This document shows, one piece after another, positions 42,106 through 58,229 of a stretch of 64,000 bases of DNA. Under the pieces are notes generated by a model, which saw nothing but the letters and a program-made list of their open reading frames with translations, had not been told where the DNA came from and did not search any database. Made by a program: the position numbers and the translations under genes. The DNA is from Octopus vulgaris (lineage: Eukaryota). Location of the stretch: the NCBI GenBank assembly GCA_951406725.2, contig OX597821.1, positions 56,854,001 to 56,918,000 on the forward strand. Reading direction: 5' to 3'. Every line of letters begins with the position of its first letter. Position 1 is the stretch's first letter.

Positions 42106-42282
42106 TGATATTTATCTGTATATATCAAACTACACACAAATATATACGCGTGTGTATACACACAGCGACGTAAGTGTAATAGCAACGGCATAAGTGTAAA
42201 TAATCGGGCAAAGATCCGAAAACAACACATAAAAGTTCAAAAGTGTCCTTGCGTGCGTGCGTGCATGAGTGCGTGCATGCGT

Positions 42283-42331
<49 letters not shown>

Positions 42332-42619
42332 CGTGTGTGTATGTGTGTGCGTGTGTGTGCATACTGTTAAGGTAGCTACCTACGCCTGCATAAAAAAGTT
42401 ATGTACGAACATTTAAAAAGTTATGATATAGTGTAATGTACGAGAAAGCTGTTGATATCGGTGAATATGGATTGTAACAAATGTTTCTGTGCAAACAGTC
42501 AGGAATGTAAATTCGCATAGAACCACCCGTTCATTTTCTCTGATGCGGCAGCAAATGTCTCTGAAACAGTCTTCTAAGTAAGAAGATTTCTGGGGGTTTT
42601 TTTTTCTTTTTTTTTTTGC

Positions 42620-42930
42620 AGTTGCTTCTCACACAGACATCCATAGTCTGGATCCACAAAGGCTATTCGATTTATTTGCAACCCACAGGTTATTGTTCAA
42701 CTTCTACAATTTTTATGATAGCCTTTGCTCTTTGGATCTTACTATTCTCGTACTACCTTGTGACTCATTAGTCCCTCATTCGCGCTTTCCTCTCCAGACC
42801 AGCAACTAAACATTTTTCTCAAACTTTACAATCTTGGAACTCCATCTCTGGTCATATTTTCCAGCAGCTAGCAGCCTGCAGTTGTTCAAGAATAACATCA
42901 GTCAAGTCACTATCAACAGTCTCGAAAATC
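42620..42930 (+). mobile_element. Decayed LINE 3' end (Jockey/CR1-group-like)
   Basis: Fragments KAIRFICNP, WNSISGH and FPAASSLQLFKNNI resemble the LINE ORF2 C-terminus. Confidence 0.5.
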
Positions 42931-45900
42931 CACCCCACTTTTCTTTTAAATCCTACCTCTTTTTAAACATTTTTGATCAACGAATTAACAGGTATGTGTA
43001 TGTGGACATCAAAATGAACATGAAGCGAATGAAAAACAGAGATCTCGGCTTGGTGATTACTTACCACTTGAAGCTTTATTTGAACGTTGCCAATTACTTT
43101 AGGACTTTCGATATATCCATATATCTCAATACAAATCTTTCGCGCTTAGTCAGGACGGAAGGGCTACCAATGCAGCTTCTGGATATGTGAATATTAATCA
43201 AATACGTTGAAGAAGTTTGATGGTTTTAGTATATACTCAATATACTCATTTTTAAATATATAAATACTTAAAAAAGACTCAAAGAGGGATAACGCAATAT
43301 GGCCAAAGCGACAAAAGTTTATTTTGAAGTGTTCAATTTGGTAAGATTTCGTCGATATAATAAAAGTTGAAGTTCAATATTTATCACAGGAGAGCTGTTG
43401 ATTGGTTTCTCTCATCAGTACACTGGTTCACTTGTGATAATGGCGCAGTCGACAAAACCAACTCCAGTACCGGCCAGAACTATATTCTATGAACACCGGT
43501 AGGAGGAAAAGCAAGGTTTAATTCCTGTGTAAACTAAAGTTAGAACGTGAAATGCCGTAACTAAATACTATGATGCATTTTGTCGTAACAGCGAAAAGAA
43601 ATCGAGCACTTTGTTATCATAAAAATTATAGAAATATTGCTTAAGACAATATGTGATTGAAACAAAATAAGTTTCGCTACTGTATGCCATCCACTTATAA
43701 ATCCAGTTACATAGAGGATGCAGAGTTGAAAACACTCATCAGATCAAATCACTTTTCACGTGAGGTTAGTCAACATGACACACGAAAAGTGCAAGACATT
43801 ATCAAGTGACAATTTTGGTACCAGCTACTTAGAAAATAATATGTAGTGTTTTCCGGTATATTGTGATATACATCTACACCATGCGTCTCTATACACATAC
43901 ATGCACATACACACATATACATATTTGTACATACACACACACGCACATATATGATGCAAACATGATACATATATATTCCCAAACATCCATACATGCATAT
44001 ATATATATATTACATATAGACACGTGTACAACCATACACACTCGCATGCAAACACAACACACAAACACTTATAAACACACACACACACACACACAAACAC
44101 ATATATGTATGCATGGATATGTATTAGTGTGTATACATACATACGCACATTCACATGTAGAGAAGCATGTCATTGGGTATAGAATGTCATGCAAAGGCCT
44201 CTTAAACACTGAACACCGCATATAATTAATGTATAACTTATTACGTAACTATCTGTGGGGTTTCAAAATAAATTAAACAATATTCACGTTAGCTTTTTCC
44301 GTCTATGTTTTTGTTAGACAAACTGGTTCCTTAACTAACCAAATCTTAATGTACCATTCCAGTCAAACTGATAATGCCTATGAGCATCGTCTTCAAATGA
44401 AGTATTTATTCCATTTCAGGATTATACTTTTAATTAAATCTTAAATAAAGCTTACCGTTTAATCTTTAGACTATAAGTTCTACAATATATGAAACAAAAT
44501 CAATAGAAATGATTTCATTAGTATATTAAATCGGAAAACATTTCAATACAATATTCATGCCGTTCTACATCGACGTCTTCGGAGGATTCCGATCGCATGC
44601 AAACTATATCATCATACAGAAAATTATCAATTTTGATTCAACGCAATGTTGAATTCTTGTGGTATGTCTATGTGGGTGTGAGTTATCAGACACGTTAGAG
44701 TACTAAACTAAATTTAACTGTTTCTTTTCGTCTGCCTACTTTTTCGATTTCAATTGCCATTGGATTCCCACTGAGTTACGAAAAAAAAGACCAAAATCAG
44801 CAATGAATCAATATTGAGGGGACCAGCTATATTTGTCACCTTAAAAAAGTGTATGGAGTGGCGAGAGATTTGACTGTGAAGAAGTGTTTTTAAATGTCAG
44901 TGGGAAAAACCTCGACACTATTCTGTTCTGATGATTCTAATTCCTCTAACATATGGAGTTTGTGTACAATGATAATGGTTAGAATGTACAGGCAATACTT
45001 TACCAAATCTGGATTGCGTATTTATACCTGCTAAATCACCGCGAATGTATGTATGTATGTATGTATGTATGTATGTATGTATGTATCTGTATCTGTGTCA
45101 GCGTTAAATATTAAAATATTTCTGGGCTGAACGAAAATACTTAACAGTACCGAGTTCTGGTGCAGTTGTCTTCCCTTAACTCCGCGTGACTTCCATTCCG
45201 TTTGCTATATCGTCAATAAAGTATGTATTAAACAAAATACTGGTTTCAATAAATCTTTAGAGGCAGCGACCAAGCATAGTTATAATCTTATGACTTACAC
45301 CAGTAAAATGATATGGGAACTATAGCATCCCTAGCATACAGAAAAAGGAAAACATTGTAATAATTATAAATCTTAACAAATCACCATAACCATATAAGTG
45401 CTACATATATCCATCCCATTTCTGCGTACACCCTGGAAATTCGATAAAGACTTATTGATATCGCTAACCCACAATATACATCCAGACCTCTAAATTAACA
45501 CTTGACTCAATAAACCTACACAAAAAGTGCATGATATTTTAGCAACAAGAAAAGACGTTAAAAGACAAATAAAAATGACTATCATAACTCCTGTCGTCAT
45601 AAAGAGAACTTGTGATTCCATTTCTCTGTTGATACCTTCTAAAAATTGTTAAACGACTCTTTAAGAAGTGCACACAACGTTAGTTTTCCGTTTGAAATTA
45701 ATGAGTAATATTAATAACTGCCATTTTAAACTGCTTCCTGATTCAGAACCGCGTCATTGCCACTAGTGCTTTCTATACGTTCTATTCTAGGGAGGTACAC
45801 GCTTTTGCTGCCAAATTTTATTTAATACAGGATGCGTTTTCTTGTATTTCGTATTTTGTATTTTTTTTAATTAAGACCTTTTCATTTCAATACTAAAACG

Positions 45901-46472
45901 CATTCCAATATTGCAGTGTCAAAGTCAAATATAATCCACACTAGCCACCCTACTAGACAATTTTTCCTTTCTTAGATGCATTTATGAAGCTAGTCCTTGA
46001 CATATTTCCACCATCATCTCTTACACAACCACTAAACATTATTTCTCTATTTCATATACAAATCACGTATCCTATTTCTAATTTATCTTTAATAAGCAAA
46101 CTGCACTCTTTTCTTTAAACTTAACTCAAAATGATTTATCTGCGTTAATACAGTGTCCTTTCTTCTTCCCATTCACTTCGTTCAATTGGATTTCATCAAT
46201 AATGACTCCAGTTAGTTTGGCCCAATATCGCCAAAGTTCAGCTTTTGCTTCAGGTGCAGGACAAACTCATTCAATTACCAACAGCTTTTCGATTAAGTTG
46301 TCTTTTGCATGGAGAAGGTCAATCTTGCCTCTCATCTCTAAGTTATCATATTGGGAACATCGTTTTCTCGTAAACTATCCTTACGTTCCTCATAAAATGT
46401 ACAATAACATTCAAATTGACAAGTGATCTATTCTCAGCTAAGGAACAGCCATACTGCATACAGTGCTTTTTC

Positions 46473-46529
<57 letters not shown>

Positions 46530-47012
46530 AGTGAAGTTATTCAATATCATCCACTCAGGCTATTCTATCAATCTAGAAAATAATTTAGGCCCGTTTTGTC
46601 TGTCAAATACATCAGGGGCAATAGAGAAATCATAAAACGCAAATGTCTCAGAAACTGACAAAATCACAAATATACACCAATAAAATCTTATGGCCCCAAA
46701 GAATCCGGACTCAGTATCGGTGCTAAAGTATAACATATCCAAGGTTACGGATATGTGGATCATATTTCTGACTACATTCGTACTATGTATATGTTCAATA
46801 AGAACAATCATGAAACTTACGCAACTGCAATAATGCCTTTAAGATTACATCAGATAAAAACAATATTGCCTTTATGTTTACACGCCTTGCATCTGTTCAA
46901 CACATCACTGTTGCAACAGGGCGCTTGGTTAGCATTGAAAATACTACATATATTGCTTTAATCAGCGAATTCTTTGGCTGAGTTTTTACGATAATTTTCT
47001 GATTAAATTGCG

Positions 47013-48050
<1,038 letters not shown>

Positions 48051-48056
48051 CGTTGA

Positions 48057-48475
48057 GGCAAGGCAAATATCTCAAATCACATATTATTATTGGGAAAAAA
48101 ATTTCAGAGTCTTACAGCTAGTTCTGGGATATCTCAGAGTATGGGATGTTCCGTCAGGGAGACAAATAGGGAAAATGAGAAGGGTATAAATTAATGAAAT
48201 GACGACATAGAGGACAGGCGTAAAGGAATAAGGAGATAAAAAAAGAAAGTTGAACTGTGAACTTTTATGCTTCTTTTTTCTTCTCTTCATCTCCTTATTG
48301 CTTTACTCCTGTCCTCTATGTCGTCATTTCATTAATCTATACCCTTTTCATTTCCCCTATTTGCCTCCGATGACGGAATATCGCATACTCTGAGATATCT
48401 CAGAAATAGCTGCAAGACTTTGAATTTTTTTTTCCAATAATAATAATGTATATGACTTGAGATGTTTGCCTTGCC
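48057..48475. repeat. Imperfect fold-back, ~195-bp arms, each carrying a degenerate HHR
   Basis: Arms 48057-48250 and 48271-48475. Right arm reads GCCT-CCGATGA-..GAATATC..GATATCTCA-GAAA-TAGCTG-CA-AGAC (48363-48418). Confidence 0.9.
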
Positions 48476-48854
48476 CTAACTTTTGTTTTCCTCTTTAACA
48501 ATTATATTAATATTAATAATAATAAACGCGAAATTCTGTCTCACCGGGACACGAATTTTTTTCCCACGAGAGTTCCGGACCCCAGTAAAGTACATATTTA
48601 CACACAGCCAATCAGAGCTCACCTTCACCATGACAAGTGAACAAATGTTGGCATTCAAAATGGCGACTTTCGATTACCATGCAAATCGTGCTCTTATTCA
48701 GATGCCGATATCATCGATACTGAACACATAGGCTTGTTAGCGGTAGGTTTGAATTACTATAGCAATCAAAGATAAAGTTTTGGACGAATATGGAAGTACG
48801 GAAACTACTTGATGGTTTTATAAATATACTGTTGTCAATGTTCTGAAAATAGCA

Positions 48855-48990
48855 TTCCTCCGAGGTCGAATTTGCCTTTCATCCTTTCGGGGTCGATAAA
48901 TTTATACACCTGTTGTGTACTGGGTTCGATCTAATCGACTGGTCCCCTCCCCCAAAATGTCGGACCTTGTGCCTTGAATAGAAAAGAATA
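48855..48990 (+). mobile_element. SINE family 1, 3' part
   Basis: GCCTTTCATCCTTTCGGGGTCGATAAATT..CCTTGTGCC..AGAAAAGAAT. Confidence 0.85.
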
Positions 48991-49641
48991 TTTGTAAACT
49001 GCGTGTTATGTCTCAGGCAATTTTATTTCATGTAAATAAATCTTATTTAGCTGTAATTTACCTTACAACCACCAGTGTTTAATGCAAATGCGATAAACAA
49101 CACGTTACATGCGATAAACACATTACAATTTTTAACAGAAACATTTAGAAGAATTAGATGAAAGTTCCCCGGTAATTTTCGTTCATGTCAATAAATGTTG
49201 ATGTTAATTTAAACGAGAAAAACAGTTTTAAATCTCTGAGCGAGATGTTGGCAAAAAAAAAAAACTTCCATTTAAAAGATTTATCCAAAAAGTCTTATTT
49301 AGCTGTTACTTTTAGCATGTTTATGGTCTACATTTAGCTCTCTGATGCCTTATTGGACGTTTCCAGCAAGGGTGTAACATTGCAGCGTATGCTGACGGAA
49401 CTCTTACTGGCCCACACCTTTCCAGTTTTGGATGATTAACACTAACCTCAGTAATATCTGCCATTCTTTCCTTTCTTCATATCAGCTACTTAGCTGCTGA
49501 TATTTAACAACACACAGTCATTTGCGGTCTGTACTACGATTCTCATGTTCTTAACCATGTGAATACACCTATCATTCACAAATAATTTCAACTACTCCTA
49601 CCGGACGTATACTCAGTCTGTAAACAGTCTGTTATGCGATT

Positions 49642-49691
<50 letters not shown>

Positions 49692-49716
49692 CTTTTTCTT
49701 CTTTTTGTTTTTTTTT

Positions 49717-50416
<700 letters not shown>

Positions 50417-50472
50417 TTTCGTTTCAGCACACGATCTCAGATCAAATTACTTGCTATGCGAGTACATCTCCG

Positions 50473-50548
<76 letters not shown>

Positions 50549-50589
50549 GTATGTATATATGTATATATATGTATATATATGTATATATG

Positions 50590-50620
<31 letters not shown>

Positions 50621-50639
50621 GTATGTATGTATAATTCAC

Positions 50640-53600
50640 ACAAAAAAAAACAAAAGACGAAGATCGATGACAGATGGTGTAGACAAGATCTATTAGTTTA
50701 ACGCTCGGGAAGTGAAAAAGTCTTTAACGTTTCGAGCCTACGTCCTTCCACAGAAAGGAACACAAAAAGAAACAAGGTGAGAAAATAAAGAATGTGTAGT
50801 GACTAGCGATCTATCATGGCGAATGCCGGACAGAGGTATGTGTAGGTGTGTGGATGGTGTGTTGCTGAGAAGTAGTCGGTGCTAGTGTGTGCGTGGTGGT
50901 GTGGTGTGATGTGGTGTTGTGTGGTATGGCGGTGTATGGTGTGGTGGAGTTGAGATGTGGGGGAGGTGAGAGTGGGGAAAGCAAGGGTGGGGTATGGGTT
51001 AGGCTGAGGGTGGGGGTAGAGGTGAGGTATGTAGGTTAGGCGAGGGTGGGGGTAGAGGTGAGGTATGTGGGAGTGGGTGTAAGGGATGGGATGGATAGGG
51101 AAGTGGGGTTTGATGGTGTAGTTACGAGGGAGGGGTGACGATTAAGGGAGAGGGGAGGGAGAAGGTGCGTAAGAGTGAAAAGAAGAGAGGAAAGTAGGAA
51201 TGAAGAGAAGAAGTAGGAGTCGAGCAAGAGAGGAGAGGTGGTTGGGATGTAGTAGGTGTGAGAGGGAGAGAAGAGAGGGGAAGAGAGTTGAACGCATATG
51301 GCGCAAAGGAGCGAAGAGAGAAGATTAATCCCTGTCCCTGGGCAAGGACAACCCGAACATAGACAGGTGTTGCAAAGAGAGACCGGTAGAGCGGAAATAG
51401 CGCCAGACCTGGGTGTCATTGCCAAGTCAGATGTCTCGGAAGTGTTCCGCGAACCGATCAGCCAAGCGGCGTCCCGTTTGCCTGATGTATAGAGAAGGGC
51501 AAAGAGAGCAGGAGATGTAGTAGATGACATTGGTAGAAGTGCAAATGAAGGAGTCGGTGATATGATAGGGTCGACGATAGGTGCCGGTGAGGAGGGTGGT
51601 GTTGGAGAGGTAAGGGCAAGTGCGACAGCGTGGGTGGGAGCAGGGTAACGAGCCGGGTTTGGAGGTTGGGTTAGGGAAGAAGCTGTGGACCAAGAGGTCT
51701 CGTAGATTATGGGCTCGTTTGAAGGAGGGGAGGGGTCGGTTAGGGAGGATGCGAAGTGAAGGGGTCGGACTGGAGTCATCGGAAGGCTCGATGAATGGTG
51801 CGTTGGAGAGGTAGGATGGTGGGGGTTGTAGATGAGGGAAAATGGGAGACGGCGGGGCGGGGACGGGAAGAGAGAGCAGATGCATGGTCCAGGGAACGTG
51901 CTATAGCAAGTGCGGTGTGGATAGTGGTGATGGAATATCCACGTAGGATGAAGTGGTGAACCATGAGTTGAGACAGTCTCGAATTCATGGTCGTCACTAC
52001 AGAGCCTGCGCAGACGGAGGAATTGGGAATAAGGGATGGAAAGTTTGGTGTGTTTAGGGTGGGAGGAGTAAAAGTTGAGGTATGAGTGTGAGTATGTGTG
52101 TTTGTAGTGGATGGAGGTGGTGAGAGTGGAGTGATGAATGCAGACCGAAATGTCATGAAGGGAGACAGAGGTATCAGAGATAGTGCAGGAGAAGTGGAGG
52201 GCAGGATGGAAAGATTTGACAAAAGAGAGGAAGGAGTCTAGATGTTCGCTGGAGAGTGAGGTCGCACCGATCCAGCCGTCATTATAATGGCCGTATAGTT
52301 CGGGAGTGGGACCAATGAAACTTGAGAATATTTGGGCCTCAACGTAGCCAATGAACAGGTTCGCATAGTTGGGCCCCATTCTCCTTCCCATGGCCAATCC
52401 CGAGAATTGCTGATAAAAATCACCAGCGAACGAGAAGCAGTTGAGTGAGAGACAGGTTCGGCCAGACGAACGTGTGTGGATGTGTCGGGTTGGGTTAAAG
52501 ATCAAGGAAATGCTGGAGTGCACGCAGCCCGTCGTGGTGAGAGATCACCGTGTAAAGACTCTGGATGTCGAGAGTGAAGAGAAGTTTAGAATGCCAGGAC
52601 GGAAGGAGATAAAGTTGAACATACGAAGCGCATGGTTGGTGTCATGGATGTGAGAGCTGAGGGAAGCCACTAGGGGGGGCAAGGACAGTCAGGATATCTG
52701 GAGATGAATTCGGTGGGGCAGTTGCAGGCAGAGACGATGGGCAGTCAGGGTTGTTAGGTTTGTGGATTTGGGGGAGGAAGTAAATTGTGGGGGTGCGAGT
52801 GGTGCGGACAATGGGGTTGGAGACGGTGGGGGAGATGAGGTCATGGATAGTGGAGGACACAGTCTGTTGGTAGCCTGGCGTGGGGTCAGAGGACAGAGAC
52901 CAGTAGAAGCAGGTGTCTTGAAGTTGACGGAGAGCTTCGGCCTTGTAGAGGTCCGCGCATAACATCACGACGGCTACACCCTTGTCGGGCGGTTTTATGA
53001 TGATGTCAGTGCGTCGTCGGAGACATCGAAGAGCCAAGAGTTTGGTTGGGAAGATGTTCAGATGACGGCGACGCCTGGAAAAATAAAACCGGTCCACAGC
53101 GCGCTGGCAGGTGCCCGCAAAAAGATCGACTGCTTGGAACTGGCCAGAAGCTGGCATCCACTGAGATGGTCGGCGGTCCAGGTCGGTGAAGCAGTCCTTC
53201 TAATTAGATGCAGGTGGAGTGTCGCGGAAAAGCGCACACAACCTAGCACGGCGCAAAAAGTTGTGGATATCAACACGAGTCCGAAATTCGTTGCTGAATA
53301 GAGTGAGGGGATGGAGTGCAGACCCCTACTGATGAGGGAGCGCTCCACCTCAGAGAGAGGGAGATCTGAAGGAATGGTAACAACAGACTGAAGTGGAGAA
53401 GGGGTGGATGGGATAGAAGTAAGGGGGTGTTGGTGATGGTGGAAGGCTGGGAGGGAGCGGATGGGGGTATGTGGGGGTTGGAGGACAGGGGGGTTTGTGT
53501 GGGGGAGCGTATCAGGGAGGGAGAGAGGTAGTGGAGGAGTTGGGGTAGTGGCATCGGGTGTGATGGAATGGAGGAGTGAGTGGAGTTAACGTTGTTTCGT

Positions 53601-53705
53601 GTGGGCGAGAAATTGATGAAAGAGTTGATTTAAATGAATTATGTAACGTAACGTAGTGTTTGCATGGGAGGCTGACTGAGAGGAGATGGACTAGGCGGAG
53701 CAGGA
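50640..53705 (-). mobile_element. Penelope-like element (Neptune-like), RT plus GIY-YIG, multiply frameshifted
   Basis: IIIKPPDKG, YFLPQIHKP, FYQQFSGLAMG..MGPNYANLF, YLNFYSSHPKHTKLSIPYSQFLRLRRLCS, CSHPRCRTC, NVIYYISCSLCPSLYIRQTGRRLADRFAEH. pLTR at ~50640-50840. Confidence 0.95.
50722..50760 (-). ncRNA. Degenerate minimal HHR in the PLE pLTR
   Basis: Minus strand CTTT-CTGTGGA-AGGACGTAGGCTC-GAAA-CG-TT-AAAG, with palindromic AACGTT as stem III. Confidence 0.5.
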
Positions 53706-54379
53706 GGATATATATACACGAAATATGGGGCTTAGTTCACAGGTGATCTAAACGATTAGGTACGCTATGTAAGTTCTGTAACGGATTACTAGGGTTCCAA
53801 GGTTGTAGCCGAGAGGTAGTTATGGAGCCATTGCAGATTTCCGATATAGTGGATATATAATTGTTACAGAGGATAACAAATCTTATTTAGCTGTTATTTT
53901 TAGCACACCTCACAGCCATCTCAATGTTCAGTGACAAAAAGGAACAAACATTAACCTAGACGGAGAATTTGCTGTCTGCCAGTTGAGAGGGAAAAGTATG
54001 TACGGTTCTGACTAGAAATGAAGAAAGGATAAAGGTGGCTCTGCTCTGATTGGCTATATGCAAATGCGTTCATTATTGTGGTCCGGAACTCTCGTGGGAA
54101 AAACTTTCGCGGCCGAGATCCCTATATCTCAGTCTACATTTGATCTACATAGGCATATTAAACCTTTTTGGAATCAGGATGATCCCGGGATTGGATATCA
54201 ACCCTTCATTTGAAGAATTGTTATATGTTAACAATTGAAAATTCAAATTCTAAAAGAACTCCCAAAATTTGTGAACTTACAAGTTTTTCATTTAAACTGA
54301 ATTTAAAGTAATACCATTCTTGGTAGGGTACGAATAAATGCTTTATTACTTTTGCTCTCTTTAGTGTTGGGCCACAGGC

Positions 54380-54900
54380 ACCGAGTAGCTTAGAAGTCCG
54401 CGACAAATGCGGCTTTTAAGCTAGTGTATATATTGCTGTTGAGTATTTTGTGTATTTAGGTTGTTTTTTTTTCGTTCTTGGGACTTGCTTCAATAATGAG
54501 ATTCTTTCATGGATAATATTGTATGTTCCTGTAATTCTTGAATTGTGTGTTACGATGAATGTTAAAATATTTGATATATTCGAATTATTTTTGGCTTCCG
54601 TAATTATTGAGTGCCTATTACTTTAGCACATTCTTTTTTCCATAATCAATTAATTTTATTGGGTACTGGCTTCCAGGTAATATTTACTTTGATTCTTGTA
54701 ATTTTTTTATTTCGATTGATATATTAAACAGTATATCTATGTTGGTAATGTTTTGGGTGACAAGAAGTAAATATTATTAGAGTCTATCAGATTGTATTGG
54801 ATTTAGTGCGTGTCTTTTACATAATGAAAATATTGAGGAAGGGTTATTGATTTAAACTGAATCGCACTATTGTTTATATTATTAAAATTTCTAATTCTAT
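54380..54900 (-). mobile_element. Heavily decayed second PLE (RT thumb/linker region)
   Basis: Fragments IDS..YL/SCHPK/NIDILFN, YPIKLIDYG and FIVTHNSRITGTYNII resemble the PLE pattern KPTDS..YL...SCHPKH...IP and THNP. Confidence 0.5.
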
Positions 54901-55189
54901 AAGTTCGGTCCATAGAATGAGACAGTCATCCAAGGCATTCAAGGTTGACTATGCATCTGCGCATACGCAGTGAAAGATCTCTTGAAGTCAACCGATAGTT
55001 GGCCGCGTATGCAGGTCTCCACTCTGCCGATGTTTCAAGGTTTTCCATGTGAAATGTCACCAAATTGGGTCTATAAATCTCGGCAACCGTGACGTCAGAG
55101 GCGTTGCTGTCAAAACAGCCGAAATACATACCGCAAGGTATCTATTCCGACCCTCTAATAACTGTGTAACCCCTCTGCCCATACATTTT

Positions 55190-55305
55190 TATCATCCCAA
55201 AAAGAATGAAAGCCAAAGTTGACTTCGGTGTTATTTGAATTCAGAGTTTAAAGGGTCGTAAGAAATACCGCAGTATATTCTATCCACGCACTAATGACTC
55301 CACCA
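55190..55305 (-). mobile_element. SINE family 1 remnant
   Basis: GAATGAAAGCCAAAGTTGACTTCGGTGTTATTTGAATTCAGA..AAGAAATACCGC. Confidence 0.6.
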
Positions 55306-56754
55306 GTTTTCATTTTCTTTTTCTTTTTTTTTTTTTTTCATTTATCGCTATTTTAAGTCTTAATTCTTGATATTTTCTTCCTTTGAATATGCAGTGTCAA
55401 GTACTTTGAAACAGCATTGCTTTCCTCTTTGATTTTGGCTAGTTTTAGATAAACTCATTTCAGTTTCAAGACAAACTGCTTCTGCTTTAGAAGCACTATT
55501 TGTCATGTTCTTGACGACGGTTCAATTGTAAATTACGATGATTTCTTATTTTAGGCGTTCTTTGATTTCGGGATAATGTATTTGTGTACAATCAGTTTCT
55601 CTTTCTCTCAATTATATATTTTTAATATTTGTTCTGTTAAAGTTGGAAGGAGTTAGTCTTTATTCATTTGTCATTGTATGTTTGTTACCCACGTTCTTTA
55701 GTTTAGTGGTTCTTATATGAAAAAAAACCTGAGGAAGTAACCACTTTACTTTGTGACTATTACATATAGTGTTTCATTCATCATGATATTGACATTTTCC
55801 TTAAGCTTGGGATGGCCAGGTTTGGGATTTTGCTATTGTTTATTTAGCTTCATGGTTTATCGTAAATTAATCTACAGAAAGAACTGTCGATTTTAAGCAC
55901 TTAGCTATTTCCAATATTAGATCATTTACATCTTCAAAACTTTGACCATTAAGTTTTTTAGGTTTTTTAAAAATTAAATCTTTGAAATATTCTCTTTTAT
56001 ACATATGTTCCTTTGTGCTGATCTTGCATAGATTTTGTTGGTTAGTATTCTGGAAAACTTTCTGCAGTTGATTTGGTTTTGTTGTATTTTGATTGTTTTA
56101 CATGTGCTAGTTCAATGTTCACGATTAACAGTCTCAACATTTATAATTTTTAAGATTATATTTTCGTTGTTTTGCATAATTGTGGCTTTTTATAACATCA
56201 TACGTTTTTAGTTTATTTCTCTTTCCTATACAGGATACCGTTTCGGTTATGAGAAACTATCTTTTGAAATTGACCACTGTATAATCATGGCTATTTTCTC
56301 TACTGCTATTTAGTATTAAATTATGGCTATGTTAACAGTGTTTCATATTATTAAAATAATTTAGTATAGAATATCATTAGATGTATTTGCCAAAACACTG
56401 TGTGTTACAGCGATTGCAAATGACAGAGCGTGCAATATGTTCGTGAACAGAAAAAAGAAGAAATAGTTGCACGTAATTTTCGATATTTGTTGGAATCATC
56501 GTTGACAACTGTGTATCCTCACTAAATATCCACGAATACATTGCGTATAAACAAATACTAAGGATTGAATCTTGCAAAGATCAATTTGCATATTTAACAT
56601 TTTTCTTGGCAGCTACAAAGAACATTAAATTACTACTGTGATAACAATGGAATGAAAAACACACCCGTAATTTGCTGTTCTATCGAGCTGCCAAAAATGT
56701 GTTATACATGCAAATTAGTCTATTCAATTAATTTTGAAAAATAAAGTATTCAAA

Positions 56755-57850
56755 TACTCAAATATACATGCAGTACCAGTTAGTGCTTTTCTGTATGATT
56801 TGTGTATGTAGATACCAAGGGGTTTCAATGTGTTTTTATTTGCACAATTTTAAATAATTCACCAGCCACTTATCAAAATAGGTAGCTTTTCTGTTTTCAG
56901 TTTGCACGTTCTGATAAATTCTAATTCTAGATCTTTCTCCTTAGAGAATTTCTCCATTTTCATAGCGATGCGTTTTTGTCAGCTTGGTAGGGAGAGGAAT
57001 TTCTTTCCTTGATTTTTGATGAGAATATCCGGGTCTTTACTCTCTGCTTATTTAGATTGACTTACCAAAGTGCTGCTGTTTTGGCATTCTCTGACACGTT
57101 CTGCCATATGATTTTACCACCTATTTTCCGTGGTTATTTCGTAATGCTGAAAGACGGCGAGCTGGCGGAATCGTTAGCACTCTAAATAAAAACCTTGGTG
57201 GCATTTCGCCCGTTTCTACGTTCTATGTTCAAATTCTGCTGAGGTCGCCTTTTATCTCCACAATTCTGTCATCCCTATAAATGTATTTTCTTCCTTTTCT
57301 TTTGGTTAGGAGCAGGCAGCCAGAAACAATCTGGTTCATTACATTTTCCCAAACCATCACATTTAATTTATTCTGCTTCGTTACAAGCTTTTTTTATATA
57401 TTTACAGGTGGTAAGTCTTTGATCCTTCACTGCAATTAATAATCCTTCAGATTTAGCTTCAAGTACCGCGCTTCCCAATCAGTACAACGATATTTTTATG
57501 TCTATTTCCACCAAGTTCAAGTATTTTCATTTTTTTTTTTTTTCAGATATGTAGGAGCTTTTCTTACCACCCTTTGCATGATAATATCGACTCTTTTTCC
57601 GTTTAGTGTCTAAAATTGTCACAACATTTTTCCTCCTTCTTCCTTACAAACAGCTATTCATCACTTCAGTTTCTGTTCTGCTGTAGTTGTTAGCTTCCTT
57701 GAAGACAAAGTCTGTTTTTTTTTTATTTCTTCGTGTTTTGTCGCAATTTGATATTTCTGTAGGAACATGAGTGCACAGCCTTGTAACATGGGTGGAAAAT
57801 GTAAGTTTATTGTTACATTTTGAATCGTATATTTTTAATATAGTCATCAC
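56755..57850 (-). mobile_element. Decayed R4/Dong-like retrotransposon C-terminal region, interrupted by a SINE
   Basis: In order on the minus strand: W*EKLLH, LEAKSEGLLIAVKDQRLT, NQIVSGCLLL, PDILIK, MEKFSKEKDLELE..LKTEKLP, IQKS/LTGTA. Confidence 0.7.
57155..57255 (+). mobile_element. SINE family 1 head
   Basis: CGGCGAGCTGGCGGAATCGTTAGCAC..GTTCAAATTCTGCTGAGGTCG. Confidence 0.8.
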
Positions 57851-58167
57851 TTTTCTTGTTCTCCGTCTACATTTAATATATACAGCGTCCAGATGAGAAA
57901 ATTGTATTGTAAGGAAAGCTAAGCTTTCATCATATTATAAAGAATTAAATAGGCATTATATTTAAATCAGTTATATAATATTCCTTCCCTGACTTTTAAC
58001 TCATGTGTGCGTGTGTTCTACTTTGTTTTATTCATTGATTTGTATTTTTATTGATGTTTATTTTCTAATTTCTTTATCCCTGAGTCTTATCGATTTTATT
58101 TTATTATTTCCGAAGTATCATCGGTGGCCCTCATATCAATTCATCGTCGTCGTTGTCGTCGTTGTTG

Positions 58168-58229
<62 letters not shown>

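Noticed and set aside
51036-52523. 495-aa ORF as an intact gene
   Set aside because: Frameshifted PLE remnant with a degraded catalytic motif (HYNDG instead of RY.DD) and an out-of-frame C-terminal half.
55330-56330. Possible further R4-like and Tc1-like relics
   Set aside because: Too decayed to support with specific motifs.
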